The notes under the pieces are model-generated. The model searched no databases. It saw nothing but the letters and a program-made list of their open reading frames with translations, and was not told the DNA's origin. Shown here piece by piece: positions 11,391-22,742 of a stretch of 64,000 nucleotides of DNA (the stretch's first letter is position 1; the number at the start of each line of letters is the position of its first letter). Source of the DNA: Bdellovibrionales bacterium (lineage in GTDB: Bacteria > Bdellovibrionota > Bdellovibrionia > Bdellovibrionales > UBA1609); NCBI GenBank assembly GCA_965200875.1, contig OZ241456.1, positions 1,152,001 through 1,216,000 of the forward strand, read 5' to 3'. A program made the translations under genes and the position numbers.

Positions 11391-11453
11391 TTTTGACACT
11401 TGTCAAAAAAACTAATGAATATTTTTGACACCTGTCCAAAATAACCATATAGT
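11391..11453 (+). promoter_or_regulatory. Sigma70-like promoter overlapped by two tandem palindromic operator-like sites
   Basis: TTGACA (11425-11430), 17 bp, TATAGT (11448-11453); TTTTGACACTTGTCAAAA at 11391 and TTTTGACACCTGTCCAAA at 11423. Confidence 0.65.
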
Positions 11454-11461
11454 ATAAACCT

Positions 11462-12571
11462 ATGAAAAGATATTTAACAAAGTATGTTTTAGAAGACTTA
11501 AAAAGAAAAATGGTTTTTATCTCAGGACCAAGACAGGTTGGAAAAACCACTTTATGTCGGGATTTAGCACCAAAAAATGCCCGTTACATAAATTGGGATG
11601 TTTTAAAAGACAGGCAATGGATTCTTCAGCAAAATTTCCCAACTGAAAAATTCATTATATATGACGAAATTCACAAGTTCAAACACTGGAGAACCTATGT
11701 CAAAGGGTTGCATGATACATATAAAGAAAAAAAAATCCTTGTTACAGGAAGTGCGCGTCTGGATTATTACAGGCATTCCGGGGATTCCCTGCAAGGTCGA
11801 TATCATCATTATCGGCTGAATCCATTGACAGTCGGAGAACTGAACCTGAAAAGCCAAGGGGATATTAATGATCTCTTAAACTTAGGAGGCTTCCCTGAAC
11901 CTTTTTTATCCGGTTCAAAGAGACAGGCCCTGCGATGGATGCGTGAATACAACAGCCGGGTTGTAAATGAGGACATCAGTTCATTGGAACTTTCCAGTAA
12001 TCTGTCACAAATGGAACTGCTTTTGCTCAAACTTCCTGAATTGGTATCCAACCCTCTTTCTATAAATTCTTTAAGAGAAGACATGAATATGGCTCACAAA
12101 ACCATTGCGAAATGGCTGAATATTTTTGAAAGAATGTACCTGATCTACAGATTATGCCCTTATCATTCCAACAGGCTGAGAGCGGTAAAAAAGGAACAAA
12201 AGCATTATCATTATAACTGGGCAGAAGTTGCCAATGAAGGAGCTCGGTTTGAAAACCTGATAGCTGGCCATTTGTTAAAATGGACACATTTTCAACAGGA
12301 TTATGAAGGACATAATACGGAACTCTGTTATTTTCGAGACACAGACAAAAGAGAAGTAGATTTTATCGTAACAAAAAACAGGAAAGCGATTTTAGCCGTG
12401 GAATGCAAATTGAAAGCGGGAGATATTTCTCCTTCCCTGAAATATTTTAAAACAAAATTTCCAAAGACAGAATGTGTCCAGGTTCATTTAGAATGCCCGG
12501 AAGAGCACATTTCCAAAGAAGGTATTAAATATTTAAAATGGAGCACTTTTTTAAAAAAATACTGTATATAA
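11462..12571 (+). CDS. AAA+ ATPase, AAA_14/DUF4143 family
   Basis: Walker A GPRQVGKTT, YDEIHK, VTGS, SLQGR, GGFPE, FENL, C-terminal EVDFIV...VECK nuclease-like motif. Confidence 0.9.
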   Translation: MKRYLTKYVLEDLKRKMVFISGPRQVGKTTLCRDLAPKNARYINWDVLKDRQWILQQNFPTEKFIIYDEIHKFKHWRTYVKGLHDTYKEKKILVTGSARLDYYRHSGDSLQGRYHHYRLNPLTVGELNLKSQGDINDLLNLGGFPEPFLSGSKRQALRWMREYNSRVVNEDISSLELSSNLSQMELLLLKLPELVSNPLSINSLREDMNMAHKTIAKWLNIFERMYLIYRLCPYHSNRLRAVKKEQKHYHYNWAEVANEGARFENLIAGHLLKWTHFQQDYEGHNTELCYFRDTDKREVDFIVTKNRKAILAVECKLKAGDISPSLKYFKTKFPKTECVQVHLECPEEHISKEGIKYLKWSTFLKKYCI

Positions 12572-12727
12572 ACAATATCTACAACAGGCAACCTCAGCGA
12601 TAAAAGGAAGAATATCATAAAAATTATTGCCAAGAGCTGTTTTTTTACACTATGGTAGTATCAGGTTTTTCACAAACAATTATAGGTCAGTCGGAAAGGT
12701 TGAAAAATACCAGAGGAGCACTTTTAT

Positions 12728-14167
12728 ATGAAACAACAAATTACAGTTCCCGCTGTTGGTGAGTCAGTGACACAAGCTACTGTTGGCGAGTGGCAAAAGA
12801 AGACAGGTGAATACATCCGGCAAAATGATGTGTTGGTGGTTATGGAAACAGATAAAGCTTCTATGGAGCTTGTGGCAGAACACAGTGGAAAACTCAATAT
12901 TTTAAAGCAAAACGGGGAAGATGTAACAATAGGAGAAGTAATTGGCGAAGTGGACACTTCCGCGACACCCTCTAAATCAGAAGCTGTAACTTCAGAAAAA
13001 ATATCACCAAATTTAAAGCCTCACGCCCTTAAAAACCAATCTGCACCTCTACTCAATACTGTAAATTCATCACCCTCACCTTCCCACCCTAAAGAAGATA
13101 TACCCCAATTCCCTTCTGACAAAATCATAGCAGACTTGTTAAACCGCCAAGCAAAAGAGAATATGGAAACTTCAAAAAAAACTTTATCGAATCCGTTTCC
13201 GACTGGAGTGCCATCTCCTGCTGAATCTTTGGAAAAACCTTTGGAAAAAACCTCAAGAGGGCCAATGGGCCAAACTCTTTCCCCCGCAGTCAGAAAACTG
13301 GTCACAGAACATAACCTGAATCCTGCGATTATACCAAGAACAGGTCCGAGTGGCAGAATCACCAAAGGGGATGTCTTGCATTTTCTCTCTGATCAGAAAC
13401 ACCAGCAGTCCACAGCTGTTCAGTCACCTAGCTTTGTCACAACCCCTACTTCCCTCCCCTCGCACACGGAAGAAACCACACGAAAAAAAATGACCACTAT
13501 TCGCAAACGGATTGCGGAACGGTTAGTGGAGTCTCAACAGAGTACAGCAACCCTCACCACTTTTAATGAAATTGATATGTCTCAGGTTATGAGTTTACGC
13601 ACCCAATATAAAGAAACTTTTCAGAAAAAACATAACATAAAACTGGGTTTCATGGGATTTTTTATCAAAGCCACTGTTCACGCTTTAAAAGCTTTCCAAA
13701 GAGTAAATGCCTTTATTGAAGACGAAGAAATTGTTTATAATCACTTCTGCCATGTTGGGGTGGCTGTCAGCACAGACAGAGGTTTGGTCGTGCCGGTTAT
13801 CCGCAATGCTGATAAAATGGAATTACCAGAATTGGAAAAAAATGTTTTATTTTACGCGGAAAAAGCCCGGGACGGAAAAATAAGCCCGGATGATTTAATG
13901 GGAGGCACTTTCACCATCAGCAACGGTGGTGTGTTTGGTTCTCTTATGTCCACTCCTATTCTGAACCCTCCTCAAAGTGGCATTCTGGGTATGCACAAAA
14001 TTGAACAAAGACCCGTGGTTGTGGACGGGCAAATTACAATCAAACCCATGATGTATATAGCTTTATCTTACGATCACCGTATGGTGGATGGAAAAGAATC
14101 TGTTGGTTTTCTTCTCAAAATCAAAGAGTGCGTGGAAGATCCCATTCGCCTTCTGATGAATGTCTGA
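12728..14167 (+). CDS. sucB: 2-oxoglutarate dehydrogenase E2 (dihydrolipoyl succinyltransferase)
   Basis: Lipoyl ETDKA, E3-binding [43 protein letters not shown]. Confidence 0.95.
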   Translation: MKQQITVPAVGESVTQATVGEWQKKTGEYIRQNDVLVVMETDKASMELVAEHSGKLNILKQNGEDVTIGEVIGEVDTSATPSKSEAVTSEKISPNLKPHALKNQSAPLLNTVNSSPSPSHPKEDIPQFPSDKIIADLLNRQAKENMETSKKTLSNPFPTGVPSPAESLEKPLEKTSRGPMGQTLSPAVRKLVTEHNLNPAIIPRTGPSGRITKGDVLHFLSDQKHQQSTAVQSPSFVTTPTSLPSHTEETTRKKMTTIRKRIAERLVESQQSTATLTTFNEIDMSQVMSLRTQYKETFQKKHNIKLGFMGFFIKATVHALKAFQRVNAFIEDEEIVYNHFCHVGVAVSTDRGLVVPVIRNADKMELPELEKNVLFYAEKARDGKISPDDLMGGTFTISNGGVFGSLMSTPILNPPQSGILGMHKIEQRPVVVDGQITIKPMMYIALSYDHRMVDGKESVGFLLKIKECVEDPIRLLMNV

Positions 14168-14222
14168 TTTTTGATTTGTAAAACTACTGTCACTTCAAAC
14201 ACTTTGTCCAAGCCTCCACCTA

Positions 14223-15689
14223 CTACCTCATGGTAACAAATTCTTCCGCGCTGGTGGGGTGAATGCCAACAGTTTTGTCGAAGTCAGACTTTGTGGCACC
14301 GGCTTTTAAAGCTACAGCCACACCTTGCATAATTTCCGGTGCATCGTCTCCGGCCATAAACACACCTAAAACTTTATTTGTTTTTTTATCCACCACCATT
14401 TTCATAAAAGTTTTTTTATCAATAGAAGTCACTGTGTACTTGAGCGGGCGAAACCGGCAAGTATAAATAGATAAGTCATAACCTTTTTCCCGTGCCTGTT
14501 CTTCTGTTAAACCCACCACTGCTACCGGAGGACGACTAAAAACCGCCGTAGGAATAAACTGATAATCCATTTTTTGTTTTGAACCGGAAAATAAATATTC
14601 AGCTAAAAGCATTCCCTCTGAAGTGGCCACAGGAGTCAGCTGATAAGGCGTATTCGTACAATCTCCAAGGGCATATACACCTTTTGCAGAAGTTTCAAAA
14701 TATTCATTCACTTCAATTTCTCCCCTTTTGTTGGTCCTAATTCCCACAGATTCCAAACCCAGGTTATTCGTCATGGGCGTTCTACCAGTAGCGAACAAAA
14801 CCTTATCCACTGTTTTCATCATTTCCATACTGCTCACCGGCTTTAGACCTTGTTCCACAGGAAATTGACCCTGTCCAGTGCGCACAAGCTCATTATCACT
14901 AGCAAGTTCTGCTCCCCCGGAACCAGAAACCAAATCCTGCTTTCCGGGCTGGTTCAAAGTGACTTCAAATCTTCCGTCCTCTTTTTTAACAATTTTACTA
15001 ACCGTGCGCTGAGGAATAATCTCCACTCCGCGCTTTATCATTTCCTCTTGTAGAAAAGCCCTTAACTCATTATCAAACCCTCTTAAAAGCTTATCCCTTC
15101 TAAAAACTAAACTAACTTTTGAACCAAACCCATTAAAGATGCTGGCAAATTCCACCCCTATATAACCACTCCCCATAATCAAAATAGAGCGAGGTTTTTC
15201 TGTTAATTCAAACAAATCATCAGATGTCAGTGCCCATTCCCTGCCGGGAATATTCAGAAGAGAGGGCTGACAACCCACTGCAATCAAAATAAATCGAGCC
15301 GTATATTTTTTACCATTCACTTCCACCTCATGGGGAGAAATGATTTTGCCATGCCCTTTTAAAACAGTGACCCCTTTTTTAGACAACAGGTTTTCATAAA
15401 TACCTTCCAACCGGGTCAGTTCTTGATCCCGCGCGAATTTTTGAGCCTGCCAATCAAGAGAATACTCCCCCACGGACCAACCACAGGAAGAAAAATATTT
15501 CATACTGTCAGGTAATTCCGATCCCATCAACATAAGTTTTTTTGGAATACAACCTCGCAAAACACAAGTTCCTCCATATCGGTTTTCCTCGCAAATAGCC
15601 ACCTTGGCTCCCAAGCCCGCTGACCATCTACTGGCACGCACTCCTCCTGAACCTCCTCCAATAGTCAATAAATCAAAATCATAAACCAT
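14223..15689 (-). CDS. gor: Glutathione-disulfide reductase
   Basis: GGGSGG, GGTCVLRGCIPKK redox disulfide, GSGYIGVE, VGIHPTSAEEFVTMR. Confidence 0.92.
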   Translation of the reverse strand: MVYDFDLLTIGGGSGGVRASRWSAGLGAKVAICEENRYGGTCVLRGCIPKKLMLMGSELPDSMKYFSSCGWSVGEYSLDWQAQKFARDQELTRLEGIYENLLSKKGVTVLKGHGKIISPHEVEVNGKKYTARFILIAVGCQPSLLNIPGREWALTSDDLFELTEKPRSILIMGSGYIGVEFASIFNGFGSKVSLVFRRDKLLRGFDNELRAFLQEEMIKRGVEIIPQRTVSKIVKKEDGRFEVTLNQPGKQDLVSGSGGAELASDNELVRTGQGQFPVEQGLKPVSSMEMMKTVDKVLFATGRTPMTNNLGLESVGIRTNKRGEIEVNEYFETSAKGVYALGDCTNTPYQLTPVATSEGMLLAEYLFSGSKQKMDYQFIPTAVFSRPPVAVVGLTEEQAREKGYDLSIYTCRFRPLKYTVTSIDKKTFMKMVVDKKTNKVLGVFMAGDDAPEIMQGVAVALKAGATKSDFDKTVGIHPTSAEEFVTMR

Positions 15690-15705
15690 ACACACTCCTT
15701 ATACT

Positions 15706-16515
15706 TTAATTAAAAATAAAAAGTAACAGCTGATCCAAAGTTTCCTGCAAACTCTTTTTAACAGATGGATCAAAAAATCTTGGCATCCAACCTGTGGACG
15801 ATAAATGATCTGACACCACTGACAAACAAAAAACCGAAATACCATAATACCAACCTGCTGACATTAAAGCTGATGCCTCCATCTCCACACAATCAACGCC
15901 TTTGGATCGAAAATATTTTACTTCCTCTCCTGTTTCTCTAAAAGGAGCATCTGTTGTCCAGCTGGTAACAGGCTTTAATCGCAATTTTTCAATAAGTTTT
16001 ACGCAAGTCTTGTCTTTTTTTATTTCCAAGTAATCAGAAGGGGCTTTATAATGATAAGAACAACCTTCATCCCGAAAACATTTTTGCAAAAACATCTTTG
16101 TTCCTGTTTTCAGATCCGGGTTAATAGCACCTGCCAACCCCAGACTGAAAATCTTTTTTACTCCAAGAGCACGTAATTTTTCTAAACATACCACTCCTGC
16201 CGGTGCACCTATACCAAATCGACTGACCACACAGACAGACATGAACTTTTTATCTGCCAGCTTTTTTACATACTTCTTTGGTTTGTATATATCAATATTC
16301 ATGCCTGTTTTATGAAAGGGAACAGTTTCCAAAAAGTCTTCCCGACCTCTAAGGGATTTAGCTATACTATCGGAAAAGCACAAAACAGCATAAGAAGGAA
16401 GAGGATTTACATTTGATTCTTTAGTGCCACAGCCTGCATAAGACATCAAAGCTTCTGGAGAAACTAAAGAAGGCTTTTTATATTTGTCGGAAACAAAAGG
16501 AACAGACATAATCAC
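15706..16515 (-). CDS. Nucleoside phosphorylase (PNP/UDP family)
   Basis: FGIGAP, RDEGCSYHY, WTTDAPFRET, VEMEASA, VSDHL motifs. Confidence 0.88.
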   Translation of the reverse strand: MIMSVPFVSDKYKKPSLVSPEALMSYAGCGTKESNVNPLPSYAVLCFSDSIAKSLRGREDFLETVPFHKTGMNIDIYKPKKYVKKLADKKFMSVCVVSRFGIGAPAGVVCLEKLRALGVKKIFSLGLAGAINPDLKTGTKMFLQKCFRDEGCSYHYKAPSDYLEIKKDKTCVKLIEKLRLKPVTSWTTDAPFRETGEEVKYFRSKGVDCVEMEASALMSAGWYYGISVFCLSVVSDHLSSTGWMPRFFDPSVKKSLQETLDQLLLFIFN

Positions 16516-16541
16516 CGATTCTTTTTCATAGTTTTATAGAT

Positions 16542-18035
16542 TCATATTCTTGGTACATTTCCAGATCTTTTTTCTTCAGGGGAATAATGAAAAAACAGGA
16601 ATTGTGTTTTCTGCACTTTCCTGAAATTATTATCACTTACCAATACCAACAAATAATTTCTCTCGGAAATTTCCGGCCCTATAGCAATCCCTTCAATATT
16701 ATCCACCTCTTCAGTACCTAGGAAAGAAGATAAGTCAGCCAAAAGACTCTTTCCACAGGTAATAAACCTTCCCGCCTTTAACTCCTCATGCTGTGACACA
16801 TTACTGGCTGAAGCACAATCCGTCAAAAACAAACGAACCAAGGTCATATCAGACTTTCTGTCACTGGAAACCGAACTGTCTTTTAAATATGCTCTTTCCA
16901 CCGTAATCATCTGTCCACCCTCTAAGGAGAGAAAGTCCGTTAACCCATTGGATCCACTAAAGTTACCAATGTTAATATTCATGTCCATTGGATATATGAA
17001 TTGATCTACCAGTTTTGAAGTTTCAATATCAAACCTATTGACACGAATATACTGATTGTTACTACGATCATCCTGATCATCCTGATGAAGAGAAGTCTCT
17101 GTTGCCAAATAAATCAAATTTTTATCTTGGCTTACAGACAAAGCTTCAAAACCTTTATTTTTTTTCACACCCCATTTTCCTACTTGATCGCGATTATCTG
17201 GCCAATACATCCCTGGAAGCTCCCAGTCGAACAATAACCTACCGTTTATATCAAACATAAACAGAGCCGGTGGAGCTAATAAGTCGATCATCTGCGCACC
17301 TTCTGTGCTGATGAATATATGATCGGATTTAAAAAAATCAATCCCTTCCGGATCTATTTGTGAAAGTATTTGACCTTTTTCGTTACGCAAAAAAGTTTGT
17401 TTTATCATCTGTAATTCATATTGTTTCCCCTGCTCCCTTATGTTCAGTTTCATCTCATAAAACCGAGGTGGTGCTTTTGTGCCTTTATCATCCGACAAAG
17501 CAATAAAAACATTTTTCTCCGGATCATAAGAAAGAGCGGATAAACCACCAACAGGCGCACCATTTAATGAAAAATTGTGAGGCAAAATCTGTTCATTTAC
17601 GAATTTTAAAGAAAAAGAAATAACTGGTGACACACCCGCTATAAAAACAGCTTTGGAGGAATCTTCATCCATATCCGAAAAAGGTAAGTTTAAAACCGTG
17701 GAACTAGACATATCATCTGAACGCATACCACCTTTGGAATCTTGTGATATAGCCAATATCTCCGGCCCTCCAACAGCCCGAAAGTTATGAGATGTCTGTT
17801 TTGCTAATGAAGTTTTTCCAATTTGTGTGATTTCACCGGGAGTTGTCCTTTGATTTTCTAGGGTAGGCTTTATAGAAAAAAGATTTGCTTTTTGTTCCGT
17901 TACTTTATCTACTTTATAAACATTATTTGCACTTGTGCTCAGATAGGAATGCTCAGCAGAAGACATTACATAATAAACAGCTACAAAAGTAACTGCTAAA
18001 ATAACAGGGAGGACAACAAAAAACCATTTCCTCAT
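16542..18035 (-). CDS. Esterase-like activity of phytase family protein
   Basis: GGLSAL, LSDDKG, DPEGI, NKGFEAL, DNIEGI, VSDNNF motifs; N-terminal TM/signal. Confidence 0.85.
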   Translation of the reverse strand: MRKWFFVVLPVILAVTFVAVYYVMSSAEHSYLSTSANNVYKVDKVTEQKANLFSIKPTLENQRTTPGEITQIGKTSLAKQTSHNFRAVGGPEILAISQDSKGGMRSDDMSSSTVLNLPFSDMDEDSSKAVFIAGVSPVISFSLKFVNEQILPHNFSLNGAPVGGLSALSYDPEKNVFIALSDDKGTKAPPRFYEMKLNIREQGKQYELQMIKQTFLRNEKGQILSQIDPEGIDFFKSDHIFISTEGAQMIDLLAPPALFMFDINGRLLFDWELPGMYWPDNRDQVGKWGVKKNKGFEALSVSQDKNLIYLATETSLHQDDQDDRSNNQYIRVNRFDIETSKLVDQFIYPMDMNINIGNFSGSNGLTDFLSLEGGQMITVERAYLKDSSVSSDRKSDMTLVRLFLTDCASASNVSQHEELKAGRFITCGKSLLADLSSFLGTEEVDNIEGIAIGPEISERNYLLVLVSDNNFRKVQKTQFLFFHYSPEEKRSGNVPRI

Positions 18036-18082
18036 GGCGACATTATGAAGATGGAAAATAAGAAAGTCAATAAAAAGTGAGC

Positions 18083-18694
18083 TTAGTCGTCGTCTGAACT
18101 ATAAAAGTTACACTCGCTATATGATTCTGTATCTAGGATATCCCGCAAAGCCTCACTTTCTTCCGTGCGCGCCCAACTAAAGAAACGACCGATCCTGTTA
18201 CTACTCTCATCATTTTTATCTTCCCTTCTCACAATATCATCATCTATATCCACAGCCAGCTCATACAGGTTCTGATTGAATTTAAACTGAATTTCATCCA
18301 ACCTAGCGAGAGAATTATCCACTCTAGCTTTGGAATTGTCGTCACGCGCTTTTGCCCTTTTCCTTTCCAATTTGTCACGAGCATCACATATCCGGTCATG
18401 CCCCTCTTCCAATCTTGCCTTTAAACACTCTCTGGCTATTCTAAAAGGGTTCTGCTCACTAACACCGAACATATCTGTTAGAATATCAATAGTATTATCA
18501 GGCACAGACAATTCAGGATCACAGTTTTCCAGAAATCCCTTTAAAGAGGGTTTTTCCACCAGATCATCTGGTAAATCCACATCCCCTTCCCGATCATCAC
18601 TTATGCGATCTGTATCATCATCCAAAGACAGACCACTACAAGCTGTCAAAAAAGTGAAAACCAAAAAAAAGCAAAATAATTTTTTCATGTTCAT
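18083..18694 (-). CDS. Hypothetical lipoprotein
   Basis: MKKLFCFFLVFTFLTAC lipobox; acidic helical body. Confidence 0.75.
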   Translation of the reverse strand: MNMKKLFCFFLVFTFLTACSGLSLDDDTDRISDDREGDVDLPDDLVEKPSLKGFLENCDPELSVPDNTIDILTDMFGVSEQNPFRIARECLKARLEEGHDRICDARDKLERKRAKARDDNSKARVDNSLARLDEIQFKFNQNLYELAVDIDDDIVRREDKNDESSNRIGRFFSWARTEESEALRDILDTESYSECNFYSSDDD

Positions 18695-18920
18695 TTTTAT
18701 TGCCTACGCATTGTTTTATATCGGTTCAAACAATTAAAAACATTAGAGTTAAAATAACATAAATTACTAAAATACCTTATTAAGTCCGATAGACTTAGGT
18801 CTTCAATTTTATGCCCTTTAACAGGAATATTTAAGCTTTCAAGACTTGAGTAAGGAAAAGGCTCTGCGGGAGAGACTTGGAGGGAATGTGATATATATAC
18901 CTTTGAGGGATTATATACCT

Positions 18921-19613
18921 TTAGAAATTATCAGAGGAACTTGTGTCGTTTTCTGAATCTTCCGTGTCATCTTCTGGGACTTCTTCTCTGCCAAAATTAA
19001 AAAAGTCAGTGGAAAAAGGCACACTCAAGGACAACGCGGCAGAAATGACATTAAAACTCCTAGAAGAAGAACATTGAGCCTCTTCCATACAAGTATAATG
19101 CGCCCACTGAAACTCCAAATTCAGCTGAACATAAAATGAAGACAAGTAGCTTAAACCTGCTTTTATACCATAACCCTGATGACTAACAGTTTTTTTACCA
19201 AAAGTATAAAAGACAGTTCCATAAGTATTAAACAAAAGTGGCAGATCCAAAGCCACAAAGGCACCCAGTGAAAAGGGCTGGAAAGGCTCTCGTACTTCAG
19301 AGTGATGAAATGACACACTCTTACTAGCCTGATTAAAACCTTTATTCGGTTCCGAGGAATAATGTACCTCCACATGCTGTACATTTGAACTGGTTCCTGT
19401 ACCATAGTGAGTCCAAAATAAATCCAAACCCGTACTTACAGACAAAAATTGGTAACCCAAGCGTGCACCTAAAGCGTAATTCATAAACAGAGGGCCAGAA
19501 GAAATTGACGAAGAATAACTGCCTCCTATATTGCCATAAGGCTCAATATGCACTTTCCCCTTTGAAACAGGAACAATACACAAAAAACTCAAAAGAATAA
19601 CACAATATTTCAT
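18921..19613 (-). CDS. Secreted, putative outer-membrane beta-barrel protein
   Basis: Signal peptide; amphipathic strands such as IEPYG, LGARLGYQF, GYGIKAGLSY. Confidence 0.55.
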   Translation of the reverse strand: MKYCVILLSFLCIVPVSKGKVHIEPYGNIGGSYSSSISSGPLFMNYALGARLGYQFLSVSTGLDLFWTHYGTGTSSNVQHVEVHYSSEPNKGFNQASKSVSFHHSEVREPFQPFSLGAFVALDLPLLFNTYGTVFYTFGKKTVSHQGYGIKAGLSYLSSFYVQLNLEFQWAHYTCMEEAQCSSSRSFNVISAALSLSVPFSTDFFNFGREEVPEDDTEDSENDTSSSDNF

Positions 19614-19942
19614 TTAGTACTCATTGACTGAATTTATTTCCAATAATATCCAACAAACACACACTTGAAAACATAAAAAAACAAACACTATAAAATACTA
19701 AGAGTTTATTTCTAAAATGTCCAACAAACATATACACTCAATCCACAAAATCTGTTCATAATCACACAGATAAACAGATAACCCCTAAAATAAAGTATAA
19801 CAACATATTGATTTGTCGCACCGCTCCTAAAGTAGATTATGACTATTGTCATAGTTACTTTTTATCTTTTTTACCTTTACCAGTGATTCAAAAGAAAAAG
19901 GGCCTTGTCTTTATATGGACAAAAGACTTAAAATTATGACTT

Positions 19943-22186
19943 ATGACTATCCAAACAACCGCTGAAATGCTCAGCAATATTTATGCCAGTAGCAAAAAGA
20001 ACCTTAATCAGGTAAAAAAATGGCACACTAAGCCTTTAACCCTGAGTGAGAAGATTTTGTTTTCCCACCTGCGTGAACCACACAAAAAACCAGAAACGAA
20101 TTTTTTACTCCTGCAACCGGATCGTGTTGCCATGCAAGATGTCACTGCCCAAATGGCACTTCTGCAATTTATGCTTTCTGGGAGAGAAAAATCCGCCGTG
20201 CCAGCCACGGTCCACTGTGATCACCTCATTCAAGCTTGGAAAGGCTCCCAACAGGATATGCAAAAATCCCTGGAGGAAAATAATGAAGTTTTTCAATTCC
20301 TTTCTTCTGCCTGTAGTCGTTTTCATATAGGTTTTTGGAAACCTGGTGCTGGTATTATTCATCAGGTGATTCTGGAAAATTACGCTTTCCCGGGCGGTTT
20401 GCTGATTGGAACAGACTCACATACCCCAAATGCTGGAGGACTGGGCATGTTGGCAATAGGTGTAGGGGGAGCAGATGCGGCCGATGTAATGGCAGGAATG
20501 CCTTGGGAAGTGAAAAAACCCGATATTACAGGTGTTCATTTAAAAGGAAAACTAAAAGGATGGGCTTCTCCCAAAGACATTATTTTAAAATTATTGGGAA
20601 TTTTAACTGTTAAAGGAGGCACCAATAAAATTATAGAATACTTCGGAGAAGGTTCTGCTTCTTTAAGCTGTACAGGAAAAGCCACTATTACCAACATGGG
20701 GGCGGAATTGGGAGCCACCTGCTCCGTATTTCCTTATGATTCTGCCATGTTGGAATATCTCACCGCTACTTATCGTGCCGATCAAGCAGAAGTTATTGAA
20801 AAGTATAAAGATCTGTTTCTTGCTGATGCTGAAGTGACAGCAGATCCTCACAAATATTATAATGAAGTCCTTGAAATTGACTTATCCACTTTGGAGCCTC
20901 AGCTGGCCGGCCCTCACTCCCCTGATGCTGTACGCCCCTTAAGTGAAATAAAACATATCCTTGAAAAAGAAAAATGGCCTGTCAAACTTTCTTCAGCCCT
21001 CATTGGTTCTTGTACCAATTCCTCTTACGAAGACATAGGCCGAGCCGCTCATGTAGCTCGTCAGGCACACTCAGCGGGATTCAAAATGCCCCAGCATTTT
21101 CTGGTAACTCCCGGTTCTGAACTCATTAGAAAAACCATAGAAAGAGACGGATACATAAAAGACTTTTCAGCCATTGGCGCACTTGTGCTGGCTAACGCCT
21201 GTGGCCCCTGTATTGGTCAATGGAAAAGAGAGGACTCCAAAAAAGGGCAGGTGAACACCATTTTAAATAGCTTTAACCGAAACTTTCGAGGCAGAAATGA
21301 CGCCAACCCGGAAACTCTTTCTTTTATCGCCAGCCCGGAAATCACCATTGCTTTGGGCCTTGCCGGACGATTGGATTTTAATCCTCAAACAGATTTTCTG
21401 GAAAGAGAAGGAAAAAAATTAAAATTACTACCGCCGAAATCAGATATTTTGCCAAAAAAAGGATTTTATCAGGAAAAGGAGAAAGGGTATGTTGCTCCAA
21501 AAGGCAAAGATATTCAAATTATTATAAGAGAGCCGTCAGAGAGATTACAGCTTTTAAAGCCTTTCCCTCCTTGGAACAAGGAAGATTTTAAAAATCTGTT
21601 CATCTTATGCAAAGCCAAGGGAAAATGCACAACAGACCATATTTCCCCGGCTGGATTTTGGCTCAGATACCGAGGACATTTGGATCGCATTTCTGATAAC
21701 CTATTATTGGGAGCGATAAACAGCTTCACCGAAGAAAGAGGCACAGGTCTGAATCAACTAACAGGAGAAAAACAACCTTTCTCCAAAATCGCCCGACACT
21801 ATAAATCACAAAACAAACCTTGGGCGATTATTGGTGACGAAAATTATGGTGAGGGAAGCAGTCGCGAACATGCGGCTATGACCCCTAAGTACTTAGGGGC
21901 CAAGGTGGTTATCGTAAAAAGTTTCGCGCGCATTCACGAGACCAATCTTAAAAAACAAGGGATTCTTCCTCTGGTTTTCACACAACCGAAAGACATAAAA
22001 AAACTAAAAGAAAAAGATCAGCTGGATATTTTGGATTTGGAAAATCTAAAACCAAACAGTCAACATAAAATATTGGTTCACCATGAAGACGGGTCTCAAG
22101 AGGAGTTTTTAGTTTCCCATTCCATGAACACAGATCAAATAAAATGGTTCCGGGCTGGTTCTGCTTTAAATCTCATCAGACAATAA
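19943..22186 (+). CDS. Aconitate hydratase (mitochondrial-like type)
   Basis: DRVAMQD, HCDH, GTDSHT, IGSCTNSSYED, ANACGPCIGQW, TTDHISPAG, NYGEGSSREHAA. Confidence 0.95.
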   Translation: MTIQTTAEMLSNIYASSKKNLNQVKKWHTKPLTLSEKILFSHLREPHKKPETNFLLLQPDRVAMQDVTAQMALLQFMLSGREKSAVPATVHCDHLIQAWKGSQQDMQKSLEENNEVFQFLSSACSRFHIGFWKPGAGIIHQVILENYAFPGGLLIGTDSHTPNAGGLGMLAIGVGGADAADVMAGMPWEVKKPDITGVHLKGKLKGWASPKDIILKLLGILTVKGGTNKIIEYFGEGSASLSCTGKATITNMGAELGATCSVFPYDSAMLEYLTATYRADQAEVIEKYKDLFLADAEVTADPHKYYNEVLEIDLSTLEPQLAGPHSPDAVRPLSEIKHILEKEKWPVKLSSALIGSCTNSSYEDIGRAAHVARQAHSAGFKMPQHFLVTPGSELIRKTIERDGYIKDFSAIGALVLANACGPCIGQWKREDSKKGQVNTILNSFNRNFRGRNDANPETLSFIASPEITIALGLAGRLDFNPQTDFLEREGKKLKLLPPKSDILPKKGFYQEKEKGYVAPKGKDIQIIIREPSERLQLLKPFPPWNKEDFKNLFILCKAKGKCTTDHISPAGFWLRYRGHLDRISDNLLLGAINSFTEERGTGLNQLTGEKQPFSKIARHYKSQNKPWAIIGDENYGEGSSREHAAMTPKYLGAKVVIVKSFARIHETNLKKQGILPLVFTQPKDIKKLKEKDQLDILDLENLKPNSQHKILVHHEDGSQEEFLVSHSMNTDQIKWFRAGSALNLIRQ

Positions 22187-22247
22187 ACAAAACTCTGTCA
22201 GCGAATTATTGAACATCTACAACAATGACACACAAATACTGGAATAG

Positions 22248-22511
22248 ACTTTTTGATTGGACCAACCTTAAAACAGAAGCCACAACTTTTATTGACAAAT
22301 CCGCAAAAGAAAAACGCATGGATCTCCTTTAAATGTGTCAAAGGAGGCCAGGGATTTGATAACTCGTCCTATTTTGTATATTTTAAAACATATCTGGCGA
22401 CTTGATGAATCAAAAGTGAAAGAGCTTTTTACGATAGGTCAGGGTCTTAGTTCCAGTGAGCGAGAGGCATTGATCGGTCGAGCAGTAGATTATATACGGC
22501 GATATGATCCA
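22248..22511 (+). repeat. 264-bp direct repeat, copy 1 (internal fragment of broken Rpn gene)
   Basis: Near-identical to 28435-28698, from ACTTTTTGATTGGACC to GATATGATCCA. Confidence 0.92.
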
Positions 22512-22742
22512 ATAATGGAATCCATATATCATATTTTTAATAAACTTCTTTCCTATTGGAATTTTATTAAAAAACGGTCTAAAAATGGCTTCTTGAAAGG
22601 AAAGAGGCCAGATTCTTTGTTCAATCATTGTACAACCATGTAAAGATTACACTAGTTGTTCTTAACAGTTTCAATTTTTTAACTTTTGAGTATAATCAGT
22701 CGGGACTGAATAATCAAATAAACCCAAACAAGGAGGTTACTA

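Noticed and set aside
8055..12600. tRNA-Ala-anchored genomic island or prophage
   Set aside because: No integrase, no phage genes and no duplicated tRNA 3' end found; only a 10-bp inverted repeat at 8111-8133 and an Rpn gene
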